A DNA stretch of 37,484 nucleotides from Alphaproteobacteria bacterium (GCA_963582255.1 CAUZRD010000001.1:1-37484), one strand, 5' to 3'. Counted from the stretch's first letter, positions 1 through 9,883 are shown. Program-made: numbers and translations. Notes: generated by a model from the sequence alone, not told the origin.

Positions 1-177
1 CCACATCTGTTTGGCGCACCAAAGCCGGCGGAATTCACCTCATTGGCACCAGCCGAACTTACCGCACAGTTTGCCATAGTTTCACTTGGGTTATTAGCAA
101 TATTCTGGCTACTTCTAGGCTGGTGTACAGGCTGTTTATTTAAGCGCCTTAGCCCACGCCGCACTGGCGTTGCATGA
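1..177 (+). CDS. 3' end of an upstream ORF (partial, continues left of the window); hydrophobic C-terminal segment, product not identifiable
   Basis: Frame 1 is open from base 1 to TGA at 175-177 (...FAIVSLGLLAIFWLLLGWCTGCLFKRLSPRRTGVA*). The stop overlaps the cobU ATG in an ATGA junction (174-177), which suggests the same operon. Only 58 codons are visible, so no family call is possible. Confidence 0.4.
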   Translation, partial: PHLFGAPKPAEFTSLAPAELTAQFAIVSLGLLAIFWLLLGWCTGCLFKRLSPRRTGVA

Positions 178-710
178 GCGAGCCACTGATATCACTCATT
201 TTAGGCGGCGCACGATCGGGCAAGTCTGCATACGCAGAAAAATACGCCTCCAGCTTGTGTGATATGCCTTTATATCTGGCTACCGCGCAGCCAAACGATC
301 TGGAGATGACCCAGAGAATCGCCGAGCATCAAGCGCGGCGTAATCAGAATTGGCTCCTTGTTGAAGAACCTCTCAATATCGTGGGTACTATTCAAGCAGC
401 TGGTGCAGGCAGAACTATATTGGTCGAATGCCTCACGCTCTGGCTGGCCAATTTAATGCATGCCGAACGTAATATTCCAGACTCTATCAGCGAACTTGTT
501 GCCGGCCTTGATCAAACTCGCGCAAACGTGGTGCTAGTCGCCAATGAAGTCGGGCTTTCCATCGTGCCGGATCATCCATTGAGCCGGAAATTTCGCGACC
601 ATGCAGGCAATCTCAATCTTCATGTCGCAGCAGTCGCCCATGATGTCGTATTCGTGGCTGCTGGATTACCTTTGTTTCTCAAGCGCGCGGGGAAGGCCTT
701 ATATGAATAA
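174..710 (+). CDS. cobU: bifunctional adenosylcobinamide kinase / adenosylcobinamide-phosphate guanylyltransferase (CobU/CobP)
   Basis: 178 aa with N-terminal P-loop LILGGARSGKSAYAE. Length and layout are typical of CobU/CobP. It is first in a run of overlapping cob genes. Confidence 0.92.
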   Translation: MSEPLISLILGGARSGKSAYAEKYASSLCDMPLYLATAQPNDLEMTQRIAEHQARRNQNWLLVEEPLNIVGTIQAAGAGRTILVECLTLWLANLMHAERNIPDSISELVAGLDQTRANVVLVANEVGLSIVPDHPLSRKFRDHAGNLNLHVAAVAHDVVFVAAGLPLFLKRAGKALYE

Positions 711-1758
711 AGTGGTAAAAATTCCTACAACGGTTGTTACCGGATTTCTAGGTGCGGGTAAAACGACACTTATAAGTCACATGTTAAAGACAGCAAACAG
801 GCGAATCGCGCTAATCATTAATGAATTCGGCGATGTTGGAATAGATGGTGATGTCCTCAAATCGTGCACTAATGGTGCATGTGGAGCAGATGATATTGTC
901 GAACTTTCTAATGGCTGTATTTGTTGTACGGTCGCTGATGATTTCATTCCCACCATGAACGCTCTTATTGATCGCACCGACCCGCCTGAGCACATTGTCA
1001 TCGAAACCTCCGGACTCGCGCTACCACAGCCGCTGATACGCGCTTTCAACTGGCCGGACATTAGAACAAGAGTGACAATAGACGGTGTCATTACAGTTGC
1101 CGATGGCCATGCGCTTAGTAATGGCGGGATGACCTCAGATCCTATGGCGCTTGAAGCACAGCGGCGAGCCGACCCTTCGCTTGATCATGATGACCCGATT
1201 GAAGAGGTGTTTGAAGATCAGCTGGTGGCGGCTGATCTTGTTGTTGTCTCAAAGACCGACCTTATTTCAGCGGAAGATCTTGAGAGAGTTATTAGTGATC
1301 TGGCTTCCAAGACACGCAATGGTACTGGGATTGTTTCCTGTTCGGGGGGTCAGGCTGATCCGGCGGTGCTCATCGGCCTTAATGCGACAGTCGAAAATGA
1401 TCTTAGCACGCGCACAGGCCATCACGAGGAAGGCGAGGAGCACGATCACGATGATTTTGAAACATTCGTCATTGAGTTCTCTACATTCCCAAGCCGAAAT
1501 GCACTGGAAAATGCAGTCCGCAACGCAACCAAGTGCCCTAGTCTATTGCGGCTGAAAGGATTTGCAGCGCTTGATGACCACGACATGCGTCTTGTCGTTC
1601 AAGCCGTAGGCCCTCGGGTTGATAGCTGGTTTGACCGGGACTTCAGATCCGGTGAAGAGCACAAAACTAGACTCGTTGCCATCGGCCTCAAAGGGCTTGA
1701 TCGCCAGAATATAATATCAATCATGCAGCAGGACTTGCCAGGCCAATGCATCTATTAG
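703..1758 (+). CDS. cobW: cobalamin biosynthesis GTPase/metallochaperone CobW (COG0523 family)
   Basis: P-loop VVTGFLGAGKTTL, CxCC metal motif NGCICCTV, and a His/Asp/Glu-rich stretch GHHEEGEEHDHDD (nt ~1420-1455). I place the start at ATG 703 (MNKVVKIPTT...), overlapping the cobU stop by 8 nt. The track ORF start at 601 is a frame extension inside cobU. Confidence 0.92.
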   Translation: MNKVVKIPTTVVTGFLGAGKTTLISHMLKTANRRIALIINEFGDVGIDGDVLKSCTNGACGADDIVELSNGCICCTVADDFIPTMNALIDRTDPPEHIVIETSGLALPQPLIRAFNWPDIRTRVTIDGVITVADGHALSNGGMTSDPMALEAQRRADPSLDHDDPIEEVFEDQLVAADLVVVSKTDLISAEDLERVISDLASKTRNGTGIVSCSGGQADPAVLIGLNATVENDLSTRTGHHEEGEEHDHDDFETFVIEFSTFPSRNALENAVRNATKCPSLLRLKGFAALDDHDMRLVVQAVGPRVDSWFDRDFRSGEEHKTRLVAIGLKGLDRQNIISIMQQDLPGQCIY

Positions 1759-4700
1759 CTACGACCCAGGGCCTGATCGATGATGGCTTGTCCGCAGTAG
1801 ATCTCAAACAATCTCCGGGCGATATTGTATTCCTATCAACCGCCGACACAGATCTTTCAACCCTAGCGCTGGCACATCAGAATTTAGGCTCTTCCGCACC
1901 CAACATTCGCATCGCCAACCTCAATCAATTGCGTCACCCTATGTCGATCGACCTTTATGTTGAACGCACGCTAGCCGGTGCAAAACTGATCATTGCCCGG
2001 CTACTTGGCGGTCAGTCATATTGGCCTTACGGGGTAGAGGAACTGACCAGATTATCACGTGAAAATAGCGTACTTCTGGTACTGCTTCCTGGTGATGTGC
2101 AGCCCGAAGAGGAGCTCAACCGTCTTTCCAATGTGCGCCCAGACGCCTACCTAACCATGTTTGAGTATTTCCGTCACGGTGGCCTTACCAATATCACAAA
2201 TTCGATCAAATTCGCCGAACACCTGATTTGTGGAACGCCACTGCCTGATCCGGCGCGCCCAGCGCTTGCCGCCGGACTTTATTGGCCGTGCTGCGAGCAA
2301 CCCTCGCTTGAGGATATCCAAGATCAATGGATATTGGAGCGCCCAGTTGCTGCAATTACATTTTACCGCGCATTGATGCTCAGCAGTCAAACCAGTGCTA
2401 TCGACGCCCTCATCGAAGCATTAGCACAGCAGGGCCTCAATGCCCTGCCCGTCTATGCACAAAGCTTCAAAAACCGCACCTGTGCAGCAATTACAGAACG
2501 GTTTTTTAAGACTTCCAGTCCGTCAATCGTGGTCAACTGCACTGGCTTTGCCCTCACCAAACTTGGATCTAACGGAGCCAGCTCTGTGTTTGATTCTGGT
2601 ACGCGACCGGTTCTGCAGGCTATGTTTGCAGGGATTGACCGGGCTACCTGGACAACATCAACGCGTGGGCTGGGTGCGCGAGATATCGCAATGAACGTTG
2701 CCCTTCCGGAAGTGGATGGACGCATTATCACTCGCGCCATCGCATTTAAACAAGAAATACGGTTCGACACCGCCATTCAGGCATCGGTTGTTACCCATGC
2801 GCCCGATCTCAATCGCACAGCTTTTGTGGCTGCTCTTGCAGCGGCATGGGTGCGCCTTGCCACGACTCCCAAGGATCGGCGGCGGGTTGCGATCGTTCTT
2901 GCCAATTATCCAAATCGTGATGGCCGTATCGGTAACGGTGTTGGACTCGACACGCCAGCAAGTGTTGCCTCCTTAACAAAGGAAATGGGCACGAGGCAAT
3001 ACCGCATCGGCGGTGCACCCACCGACGGTAGAGCGCTAATGCAACTCATCCTATCTGGTCCAACAAATGCTATCAAAGTTTCCTCGATCTCCACTGGAGA
3101 AACCCTAAGTCTTGAAACCTATCAGGCATTTTTTAATGGGCTTCCTGACTCGGTTCAAAGCGCTGTCTGTGCTCGGTGGGGTGATCCACAAGACGATATT
3201 TTCGTACGCGATGGCTATTTCCATCTGGCCATTCACCGATTTGAGAACCTCATAATCGCTATCCAGCCAGCTCGTGGATATAACGTCGATCCAAAAAAGA
3301 CCTATCACGATCCAGATCTGGTGCCACCGCACGCCTATTTCGCGTTTTATGCTTGGATTCGCAACACATTTCAGGCCCATGCTATTATTCAGGTTGGCAA
3401 GCACGGCAATCTTGAATGGCTGCCAGGAAAAGCATTGTCGCTCAGCGATGCATGCTTCCCAGAAGCTGCCCTCGGCCCTCTACCAGTCATTTATCCCTTC
3501 ATCGTCAATGACCCTGGCGAGGGAACCCAGGCAAAACGGCGCACCTCATCAGTCATCATCGACCACCTTACCCCTCCTCTTACCCGGGCTGAGACCTATG
3601 GACCTCTGCGCGAATTAGAGGTTTTGCTCGATGAGTACTATGAGGCAAGTCTGGTCGACCAGAGACGATCAAAGGAACTAAAGAAGCAGATATTCGAACA
3701 CGCTGCCGTCAGCGGTCTTGACCGAGATTGCAAAATAGAGGGTCAAAGTGATGACGGGGCGCTTTCGGCGCTTGATGCCCATTTGTGCGATCTAAAAGAA
3801 TTGCAAATCAGAGACGGGTTGCATATTCTAGGCAACATTCCAACTGGCAGCGCACTCAACCGGTACCTAATAGCACTCACCCGAGTTCCGCGGGCGGGAA
3901 ACACCCCCGGTGATGCCTCGATTATCCGTGCGATTGCAGCAGATCTTGGCCTTACCTTTGATCCACTGTCGTGCGATCTGGCATCTAATTGGAGCGGAAA
4001 ACGTCCGCCAGAGCTTTCAAATATTACCTCAGATAACTGGCGCAGTACAGGAGATACGCTAGAGCGTATCGAAATACTTGCCGAAAAACTTATCGCAGAA
4101 CAATGTGCCCCAGCTCCAGAATGGTCCTCTACACAGGCAGTTCTAGAAACAATCAACACTGTGCTCCGTCCAGCTATTACCGAAAGCGGGAGTGGTGAGA
4201 TCAACGGTATATTCAAAGCCCTTGATGGTGGGTTTGTTAATCCCGGCCCATCTGGCGCGCCAAGTAGAGGGCGCGCGGATGTTCTGCCAACGGGTCGCAA
4301 TTTTTATTCGCTCGATAGCCGGTCAGTACCAACCGAGACAGCATGGATGCTCGGCGAGAAATCAGCCCGATTTCTCGCCGAGGACTTTCGCCAACGCAAC
4401 GGATCGTGGCCACAACATTTGGCGTTGTCTGCATGGGGCACTGCCAATATGCGTACCGGCGGTGATGACATTGCCCAAGCACTAGCTCTGATCGGAGCTC
4501 GGCCTCTCTGGGAGCGCGCATCAGGTCGAGTAACTGGATTTGAAATTCTACCCATCGCCGAGCTATCTAGGCCGCGCATCGATATTACCCTGAGGGTCTC
4601 AGGCTTTTTTCGTGACGCTTTCCCCACGCAGATTGAGTTATTCGATAGTGCCGTGCGCGCAATCGGGGCCCTTAACGAAGGGAAAAACGACAATCCTCTA

Positions 4701-5474
4701 GCCGCACGCATGCAGCACGATCGGCAGGCACTCGAAGCATCTGGAATGGATAAAGTGGATGCTAAGCGGCATGCTGGCTATCGAGTGTTTTCATCCATGC
4801 CTGGCGCGTATGGCGCTGGTCTTCAGGCTTTAATCGACGAAAATATCTGGGAGATACGCGAAGATTTTGCAAACGCATATGTTTCCTGGAGTGCGTACGC
4901 CTACGGCGCCGGATCAGAGGGCGAAGCTGTTGGCGAGCTCTTTACAACGCGCCTATCTCATATCGAAGCCGTGGTACACAATCAGGATAACCGCGAACAT
5001 GACCTGCTAGATTCTGATGATTACTACCAGTTTGAAGGTGGCTTGAGCGCTGCGGTAGAGCAAGCGAGCGGTGTACGCCCTCTCATCTATCACAATGATC
5101 ATTCGCGTCCAGAACAACCTAAAATTCGTACGCTAGAAGACGAGATCGCACGGGTCGTGCGCGCGCGCGCGGTTAATCCAAAATGGATCGCAGGTGTCAT
5201 GCGACATGGCTATAAAGGCGCGTTCGAACTGGCCGCTACGGTAGACTATCTCTACGCTTTTCAGGCTACGACCGGGGCTGTGGCCGATCATCATTTTGAT
5301 CTTATCTTTGACGCCTATCTTGGTGATCTCACAGTGCGAAATTTTATTGCCCAGGAGAACCCGCCAGCACTTTTAGAAATGGCTGATCGCTTTCGCGATG
5401 CCTTAAGACGAGGTCTTTGGCATCCAAGAGCCAATCACATCTATGATATCTTAGAGAACATCAAGAAAGCATAG
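1746..5474 (+). CDS. cobN: cobaltochelatase large subunit CobN (aerobic, late cobalt-insertion pathway)
   Basis: 1242 aa uninterrupted ORF whose size and sequence character match CobN / Mg-chelatase H family proteins. It overlaps the cobW stop by 13 nt and sits between cobW and cobO, as in other aerobic-type cob clusters. Confidence 0.95.
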   Translation: MHLLATTQGLIDDGLSAVDLKQSPGDIVFLSTADTDLSTLALAHQNLGSSAPNIRIANLNQLRHPMSIDLYVERTLAGAKLIIARLLGGQSYWPYGVEELTRLSRENSVLLVLLPGDVQPEEELNRLSNVRPDAYLTMFEYFRHGGLTNITNSIKFAEHLICGTPLPDPARPALAAGLYWPCCEQPSLEDIQDQWILERPVAAITFYRALMLSSQTSAIDALIEALAQQGLNALPVYAQSFKNRTCAAITERFFKTSSPSIVVNCTGFALTKLGSNGASSVFDSGTRPVLQAMFAGIDRATWTTSTRGLGARDIAMNVALPEVDGRIITRAIAFKQEIRFDTAIQASVVTHAPDLNRTAFVAALAAAWVRLATTPKDRRRVAIVLANYPNRDGRIGNGVGLDTPASVASLTKEMGTRQYRIGGAPTDGRALMQLILSGPTNAIKVSSISTGETLSLETYQAFFNGLPDSVQSAVCARWGDPQDDIFVRDGYFHLAIHRFENLIIAIQPARGYNVDPKKTYHDPDLVPPHAYFAFYAWIRNTFQAHAIIQVGKHGNLEWLPGKALSLSDACFPEAALGPLPVIYPFIVNDPGEGTQAKRRTSSVIIDHLTPPLTRAETYGPLRELEVLLDEYYEASLVDQRRSKELKKQIFEHAAVSGLDRDCKIEGQSDDGALSALDAHLCDLKELQIRDGLHILGNIPTGSALNRYLIALTRVPRAGNTPGDASIIRAIAADLGLTFDPLSCDLASNWSGKRPPELSNITSDNWRSTGDTLERIEILAEKLIAEQCAPAPEWSSTQAVLETINTVLRPAITESGSGEINGIFKALDGGFVNPGPSGAPSRGRADVLPTGRNFYSLDSRSVPTETAWMLGEKSARFLAEDFRQRNGSWPQHLALSAWGTANMRTGGDDIAQALALIGARPLWERASGRVTGFEILPIAELSRPRIDITLRVSGFFRDAFPTQIELFDSAVRAIGALNEGKNDNPLAARMQHDRQALEASGMDKVDAKRHAGYRVFSSMPGAYGAGLQALIDENIWEIREDFANAYVSWSAYAYGAGSEGEAVGELFTTRLSHIEAVVHNQDNREHDLLDSDDYYQFEGGLSAAVEQASGVRPLIYHNDHSRPEQPKIRTLEDEIARVVRARAVNPKWIAGVMRHGYKGAFELAATVDYLYAFQATTGAVADHHFDLIFDAYLGDLTVRNFIAQENPPALLEMADRFRDALRRGLWHPRANHIYDILENIKKA

Positions 5475-5479
5475 GATCA

Positions 5480-6103
5480 ATGGTAAAAGTAAATTTGAGC
5501 GAAGAACAACTTAATGCCCGTCATGCAGAAAAAATGCGCCGCAAGAAGGAGGTTCGCGACAAGATACTTTCCACCAAAACGATCGAGAAGGGTTTGGTGA
5601 TTGTTCACACCGGCAAGGGCAAAGGAAAGTCTACCGCTGCTTTCGGCTTAGTCCTACGCGCACTTGGAAACTCCATGAAAGTAGCCATTGTTCAATTTGT
5701 AAAAGGCAAGTGGGAAACCGGCGAGCGGGCAGCCCTTTCCAAATTTGATGGTCAAGTTACAATCTCTACTATGGGCGAGGGCTTTACCTGGGAGACCCAG
5801 GATCGTCAGCGCGACATTGCGGCAGCAAAAGCAGCCTTCGAACGGGCCAAGGAATTCATCCGTGATGATGAGCACGACATGGTGCTACTTGATGAACTCA
5901 ACATTGTACTGCGTTATGACTACCTTTCTGTCAGTGATGTGGTGGACCTGATTAACTCCAAGCCTAAGAATAAACATATCATTATCACCGGACGTAATGC
6001 CAAGGAGGAGGTCATCGAGGCGGCCGACCTAGTGACCGACATGACCATGATCAAACATCCCTTCCGCTCCGGGGTGAAGGCTCAGGCTGGAATTGAGTTT
6101 TAG
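5480..6103 (+). CDS. cobO: cob(I)yrinic acid a,c-diamide adenosyltransferase (CobO/CobA/BtuR type)
   Basis: 207 aa with the characteristic P-loop VHTGKGKGKSTAAFG and the C-terminal IKHPF...G..A..GIEF pattern of CobA/CobO. There is a 5 nt gap after cobN. Confidence 0.94.
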   Translation: MVKVNLSEEQLNARHAEKMRRKKEVRDKILSTKTIEKGLVIVHTGKGKGKSTAAFGLVLRALGNSMKVAIVQFVKGKWETGERAALSKFDGQVTISTMGEGFTWETQDRQRDIAAAKAAFERAKEFIRDDEHDMVLLDELNIVLRYDYLSVSDVVDLINSKPKNKHIIITGRNAKEEVIEAADLVTDMTMIKHPFRSGVKAQAGIEF

Positions 6104-6118
6104 CGTCCTCAGAGCAAT

Positions 6119-7660
6119 GTGCCAATATCTGAAACCAAAGCTATACTGATGCCTTTACCTCCAGCACTGATGTTGCAAGGGACTGGCTCGAGTGTCGGTA
6201 AATCTCTGATAGTAGCCGGACTCTGCCGGCTCTATTCACAGCGCGGCATGAACGTGCGGCCCTTCAAGCCGCAAAACATGTCCAATAACGCCGCTGTTGC
6301 GGTCGATGGCGGTGAAATCGGTAGGGCTCAAGCATTGCAGGCACGTGCTGCCGGCACGCCCACCAGTGTTCACATGAACCCTGTCCTCCTGAAACCAGAG
6401 GCCGGCGGCGGTTCGCAAATCATTGTTCAGGGCTCTCGGCGCCATTCATTGAGTGCGCGCGAATATATCAAGAAAAAATCCCAGCTCATGACGCCAGTGT
6501 TACAAAGTCTAGAGCTGCTCGGCACGCAAGCTGATCTCATCATCGCCGAAGGTGCCGGTAGCCCAGCTGAAATAAATCTACGGACTGGTGACATCGCCAA
6601 CATGGGATTTGCAATTGCTACCGGATTACCGGTGGTTCTGATCGGCGATATCGACCGCGGCGGCGTTATTGCCAGCCTTGTAGGAACCCATGAGGTTCTT
6701 GATCCTGGTGACCGGGAGATGGTACGCGGGTTCATCATCAATAAATTTCGTGGTGACATTTCTCTGTTTGATGATGGCATTCGTGAGATCCAGAACAGAA
6801 CCGGCTGGCCGTGCCTTGGAATCGTCCCCTATTTTAACGAGGCTTCCCACCTACCTCTTGAGGACTCCGCTGATCTGACGAACGCATTGATGAGCAATGG
6901 CTCTCACCGGCACACCAGAACTAGACAGACAGTCAAAATAGCCGTCCCAAGACTGCCTAGAATCGCTAACTTCGACGACCTAGATCCGCTGCGCCTTGAG
7001 CCAAGTGTTGAACTGAGTCTGGTTGAATCTGGCGAACCACTACCGGGAGATTCAGACCTCATTTTAATTGCAGGCTCGAAGTCGACAATAGATGATCTTG
7101 AGGCGCTACGCACAAATGGTTGGGATATTGACATTCTGGCCCATCACCGACGCTACGGCATGGTGCTTGGCATTTGCGGCGGTTATCAGATGCTAGGACG
7201 AACTATTGATGATCCAGGTGGGTTGGAGGGGCCAGCTAGAACCTGCAACGGCCTCGGGCTGCTTGATGTTGTAACAAGCATGCAGGGGCAAAAGCAGGTG
7301 CGGTTAGTTGAGGCTGAGCACTCCCAAACTGGTCTTAACGTGACAGGATATGAAATCCACCTCGGTCATACCAGCGGCACGGATTGCGCAAGGCCCATGT
7401 TTAACATCGCCGGGCGACAAGAAGGCTCAATCTCCAAGGATGGTCTGGTGATGGGAACGCAATTGCACGGCATTTTTGCCAGCGATGAGTTTCGCAGCGC
7501 ATTTTTAAAACAATTTGGTTCGGCTGGCCGTTCATATTTTGCGTATGAGAACGAAATTGATAGCACGCTTGACCAGCTAGCAGAGCATCTGCAAAAACAT
7601 CTCGATGTGGACCTAATACTTGAAATTGCAGCTCAGAAAATCAACGCTAGCAACGCATAA
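6119..7660 (+). CDS. cobQ: cobyric acid synthase CobQ/CbiP
   Basis: N-terminal ATP-binding LMLQGTGSSVGKS. C-terminal glutamine amidotransferase domain with GICGGYQMLG (Cys nucleophile) and GYEIHLGHT. The track start at 6119 is GTG; ATG 6149 (MPLPPALMLQGTG) is an equally plausible start. Confidence 0.94.
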   Translation: MPISETKAILMPLPPALMLQGTGSSVGKSLIVAGLCRLYSQRGMNVRPFKPQNMSNNAAVAVDGGEIGRAQALQARAAGTPTSVHMNPVLLKPEAGGGSQIIVQGSRRHSLSAREYIKKKSQLMTPVLQSLELLGTQADLIIAEGAGSPAEINLRTGDIANMGFAIATGLPVVLIGDIDRGGVIASLVGTHEVLDPGDREMVRGFIINKFRGDISLFDDGIREIQNRTGWPCLGIVPYFNEASHLPLEDSADLTNALMSNGSHRHTRTRQTVKIAVPRLPRIANFDDLDPLRLEPSVELSLVESGEPLPGDSDLILIAGSKSTIDDLEALRTNGWDIDILAHHRRYGMVLGICGGYQMLGRTIDDPGGLEGPARTCNGLGLLDVVTSMQGQKQVRLVEAEHSQTGLNVTGYEIHLGHTSGTDCARPMFNIAGRQEGSISKDGLVMGTQLHGIFASDEFRSAFLKQFGSAGRSYFAYENEIDSTLDQLAEHLQKHLDVDLILEIAAQKINASNA

Positions 7661-8601
7661 AACAACGCATGAGCAATTGATGCCCACATGAGGAGTTTAA
7701 GCGCTCGTCGGATATCGCCGGTATCTGCTGTTACTGAGCCGGCGCGGTTCATCCATGCATCATCAATTTCTGTAGCTCCATATTGGCGCGGCCCTGCAAG
7801 GGCAATGCCGAGCGAGCCCGCAAATGTGGCTTCTGGCCATCCAGCATTGACTGATCTGTGTTTCGATGCATCTTCGCTCATAGCGCGCAGTGCCCCTCCC
7901 GCATCAAAACGAGCAAACATAGTACCTACTAATATGAGCAAAGCGCTCATGCGTGCTGGTATCCAGTTTACAAGATCATCAAGACGCGCAGCTCCCATAC
8001 CAAAATCAAGATATTTTCTCGAGCGGTACCCGATCATGCTGTCAGCGGTATTGATTGCCTTATAGGCAAACAACCCGGGTAGGCCGAACACCACATACCA
8101 GAATGCAGGGGCAACCACACCATCAGAAAAATTCTCAGCCGCGGATTCAATCGCCGCACGGCATACTCCTCTTTCATCCAGCGTGCCGGGATCCCGCCCA
8201 ACTATATGGGATACAGCGCGTCGACCACCTTCTAGACCCCCAACCTCAATCGCTACAGCTACATCAAGGACATGGTCGTAAAGACCCCGTCCGGCGATGA
8301 AGACAGCAACCACAACGGCTTCGAGTAGGGTCGTGCCAGGCGCAATATCTATGATCAACTCAATCAGATATCCGATACTCCAGGATACGATGACAACAGC
8401 TACAATAGCGATAACACCCGCAACCTGCTTGCCTGGCGGGAGTGTTTCGTCACTGTTTAGATTGAGGTCCAGCCAATCGATCCCGTGTCCAATCACCACA
8501 ATTGGATGAGGAATACGTGACCAAATCTTTTGTGGCTCACCAATGACTGCATCGATGATGAGCGCAACAATAAGTGAGAAAAAGTGTGCTTCAATCACCA
8601 C
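7633..8601 (-). CDS. cbiB: adenosylcobinamide-phosphate synthase CbiB (CobD in P. denitrificans nomenclature), integral membrane
   Basis: 322 aa multi-TM protein with the typical CbiB N-terminus (LIVALIIDAVIGEP....HPIVVIG). Its 3' end overlaps the 3' end of cobQ by 28 nt (convergent). Its 5' end overlaps the cobC stop by 11 nt. Confidence 0.92.
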   Translation of the reverse strand: MVIEAHFFSLIVALIIDAVIGEPQKIWSRIPHPIVVIGHGIDWLDLNLNSDETLPPGKQVAGVIAIVAVVIVSWSIGYLIELIIDIAPGTTLLEAVVVAVFIAGRGLYDHVLDVAVAIEVGGLEGGRRAVSHIVGRDPGTLDERGVCRAAIESAAENFSDGVVAPAFWYVVFGLPGLFAYKAINTADSMIGYRSRKYLDFGMGAARLDDLVNWIPARMSALLILVGTMFARFDAGGALRAMSEDASKHRSVNAGWPEATFAGSLGIALAGPRQYGATEIDDAWMNRAGSVTADTGDIRRALKLLMWASIAHALFYALLALIF

Positions 8602-9643
8602 CTACCTCACTTTCCTTACCAATCTTGGTATAAGAATGCTTGAGCGCATGTTCAAGTTTGGCAAGTTCCCGGTCTGAACCTGGAATACCAAGGCGCAACC
8701 AAGTCGAATTAGCAGAAAAAATTCGTGTCCAAATCCCTTGTCTTGCCAGGGACTTATGCACGCGCAGGGCATTGGTACACTCGATCAGCCGAAACAGCGG
8801 TGTACCTCCAATGATATTGAGGCCACCCTTATTCACGACCGCATCCAATCTGCGCGCTCTCTCGGCTAGACGCAACCGTGCGGCTTCGATCCAGTTGATG
8901 TCAGAAAGCGCTTTTACGCCAATTTCAATAGCAGCGCCAGAGATTGGCCAAGGTCCCAAAAGATCATCAAGCCTACTTACAATCTGAAGCGGCGCGAGGG
9001 CAAAACCCAAGCGCAAACCGGGAAACCCAAAAAACTTACCAAATGAACGCAGGATAATCAGCGCGCGATATCCAGCCTCCGACACGAGCGAGCAATGGGG
9101 GAGCGCATCGGCAAAGCACTCGTCGATTATCAGAATACCATCGCGCGCGCCTAAATCATCGGCCAGAGTAATAAGATCCCCGCGTGAAAATAGACGACCA
9201 TCGGGATTGTTGGGATTGGTGATGACTACAACATCAAACTGGTCGGGATTGGGAAGTGCCATCACTTCCTGAACCTGATGTCCATGACGCGACCAGGATG
9301 CCGCATGCTCGCTATAGGTGGGTGATACGACCGCAACTCGCGCTATACCATCACTGATTTTAGGCAAAACATTGATCAATGCTTGGGTGCCTGGCGCGCA
9401 GGAAATATGTGCACTCTCGCCTGCCCCATAAGCTTTCAGCGCGATAGTAGCCAGGGCCGTCTGGCGTGCCTTGGAAGGTAACTGCCTCCATGCCTCACTA
9501 CTAATCTCTGGCATATCATAGGGATAGGGACTGATGCCTGTTGAAAGATCAATCCAGCCATCTGAGGGAAGCCCGTAGGTCTCAGTCGCGAAATCCAAAT
9601 CTCCGCCATGGAGTCGGGGGGCAAGCAGTTTAGTCAAATTCAT
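8591..9643 (-). CDS. cobC: PLP-dependent L-threonine-O-3-phosphate decarboxylase (CobC/CobD aminotransferase-like)
   Basis: Class I/II aminotransferase fold signature with PLP-lysine context RSFGKFFGFPGLRLGF. Positioned directly upstream of and overlapping cbiB, as usual for this enzyme. I prefer ATG 9643 (MNLTKLL...) over the track's TTG 9649. Confidence 0.85.
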   Translation of the reverse strand: MNLTKLLAPRLHGGDLDFATETYGLPSDGWIDLSTGISPYPYDMPEISSEAWRQLPSKARQTALATIALKAYGAGESAHISCAPGTQALINVLPKISDGIARVAVVSPTYSEHAASWSRHGHQVQEVMALPNPDQFDVVVITNPNNPDGRLFSRGDLITLADDLGARDGILIIDECFADALPHCSLVSEAGYRALIILRSFGKFFGFPGLRLGFALAPLQIVSRLDDLLGPWPISGAAIEIGVKALSDINWIEAARLRLAERARRLDAVVNKGGLNIIGGTPLFRLIECTNALRVHKSLARQGIWTRIFSANSTWLRLGIPGSDRELAKLEHALKHSYTKIGKESEVGGD

Positions 9644-9883
9644 CACCAAATATATTCAATCCGGGTAGTGTGTAGTTATTATACCAACCGCAATATTCTG
9701 ATCTATCTCATCTACACCAACAAGCTAATCTAGGGTAGTTCACAAAACTTAACCGCCACCACTCCGATCAACCGCGTGCTGGCATCGCGTAAAACAGAAA
9801 GTTAACCAACGCAGTAACTCCTACTTACCACGGAAGGCTCACACTAACTGCGCATCATTCCAGCCAGATAATCACCACTTCAT

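Noticed and set aside
601-702. N-terminal 34-codon extension of the cobW ORF overlapping cobU.
   Set aside because: The extension (MQAISIFMSQQSPMM...) is just the alternative frame of the cobU 3' end. The conserved CobW N-terminus begins at ATG 703, immediately before the P-loop.
3743-4711. Long antisense ORFs inside cobN (3743-4300, 185 aa; 4304-4711, 135 aa). Similar ones lie inside pepN (17652-18209), the PMM gene (13790-14233) and the PAS kinase (19962-20375).
   Set aside because: They lie fully within, and opposite to, genes with strong family signatures. Their translations are Arg/Ser/Pro/Ala-rich low-complexity strings typical of shadow ORFs. None has a recognisable motif.
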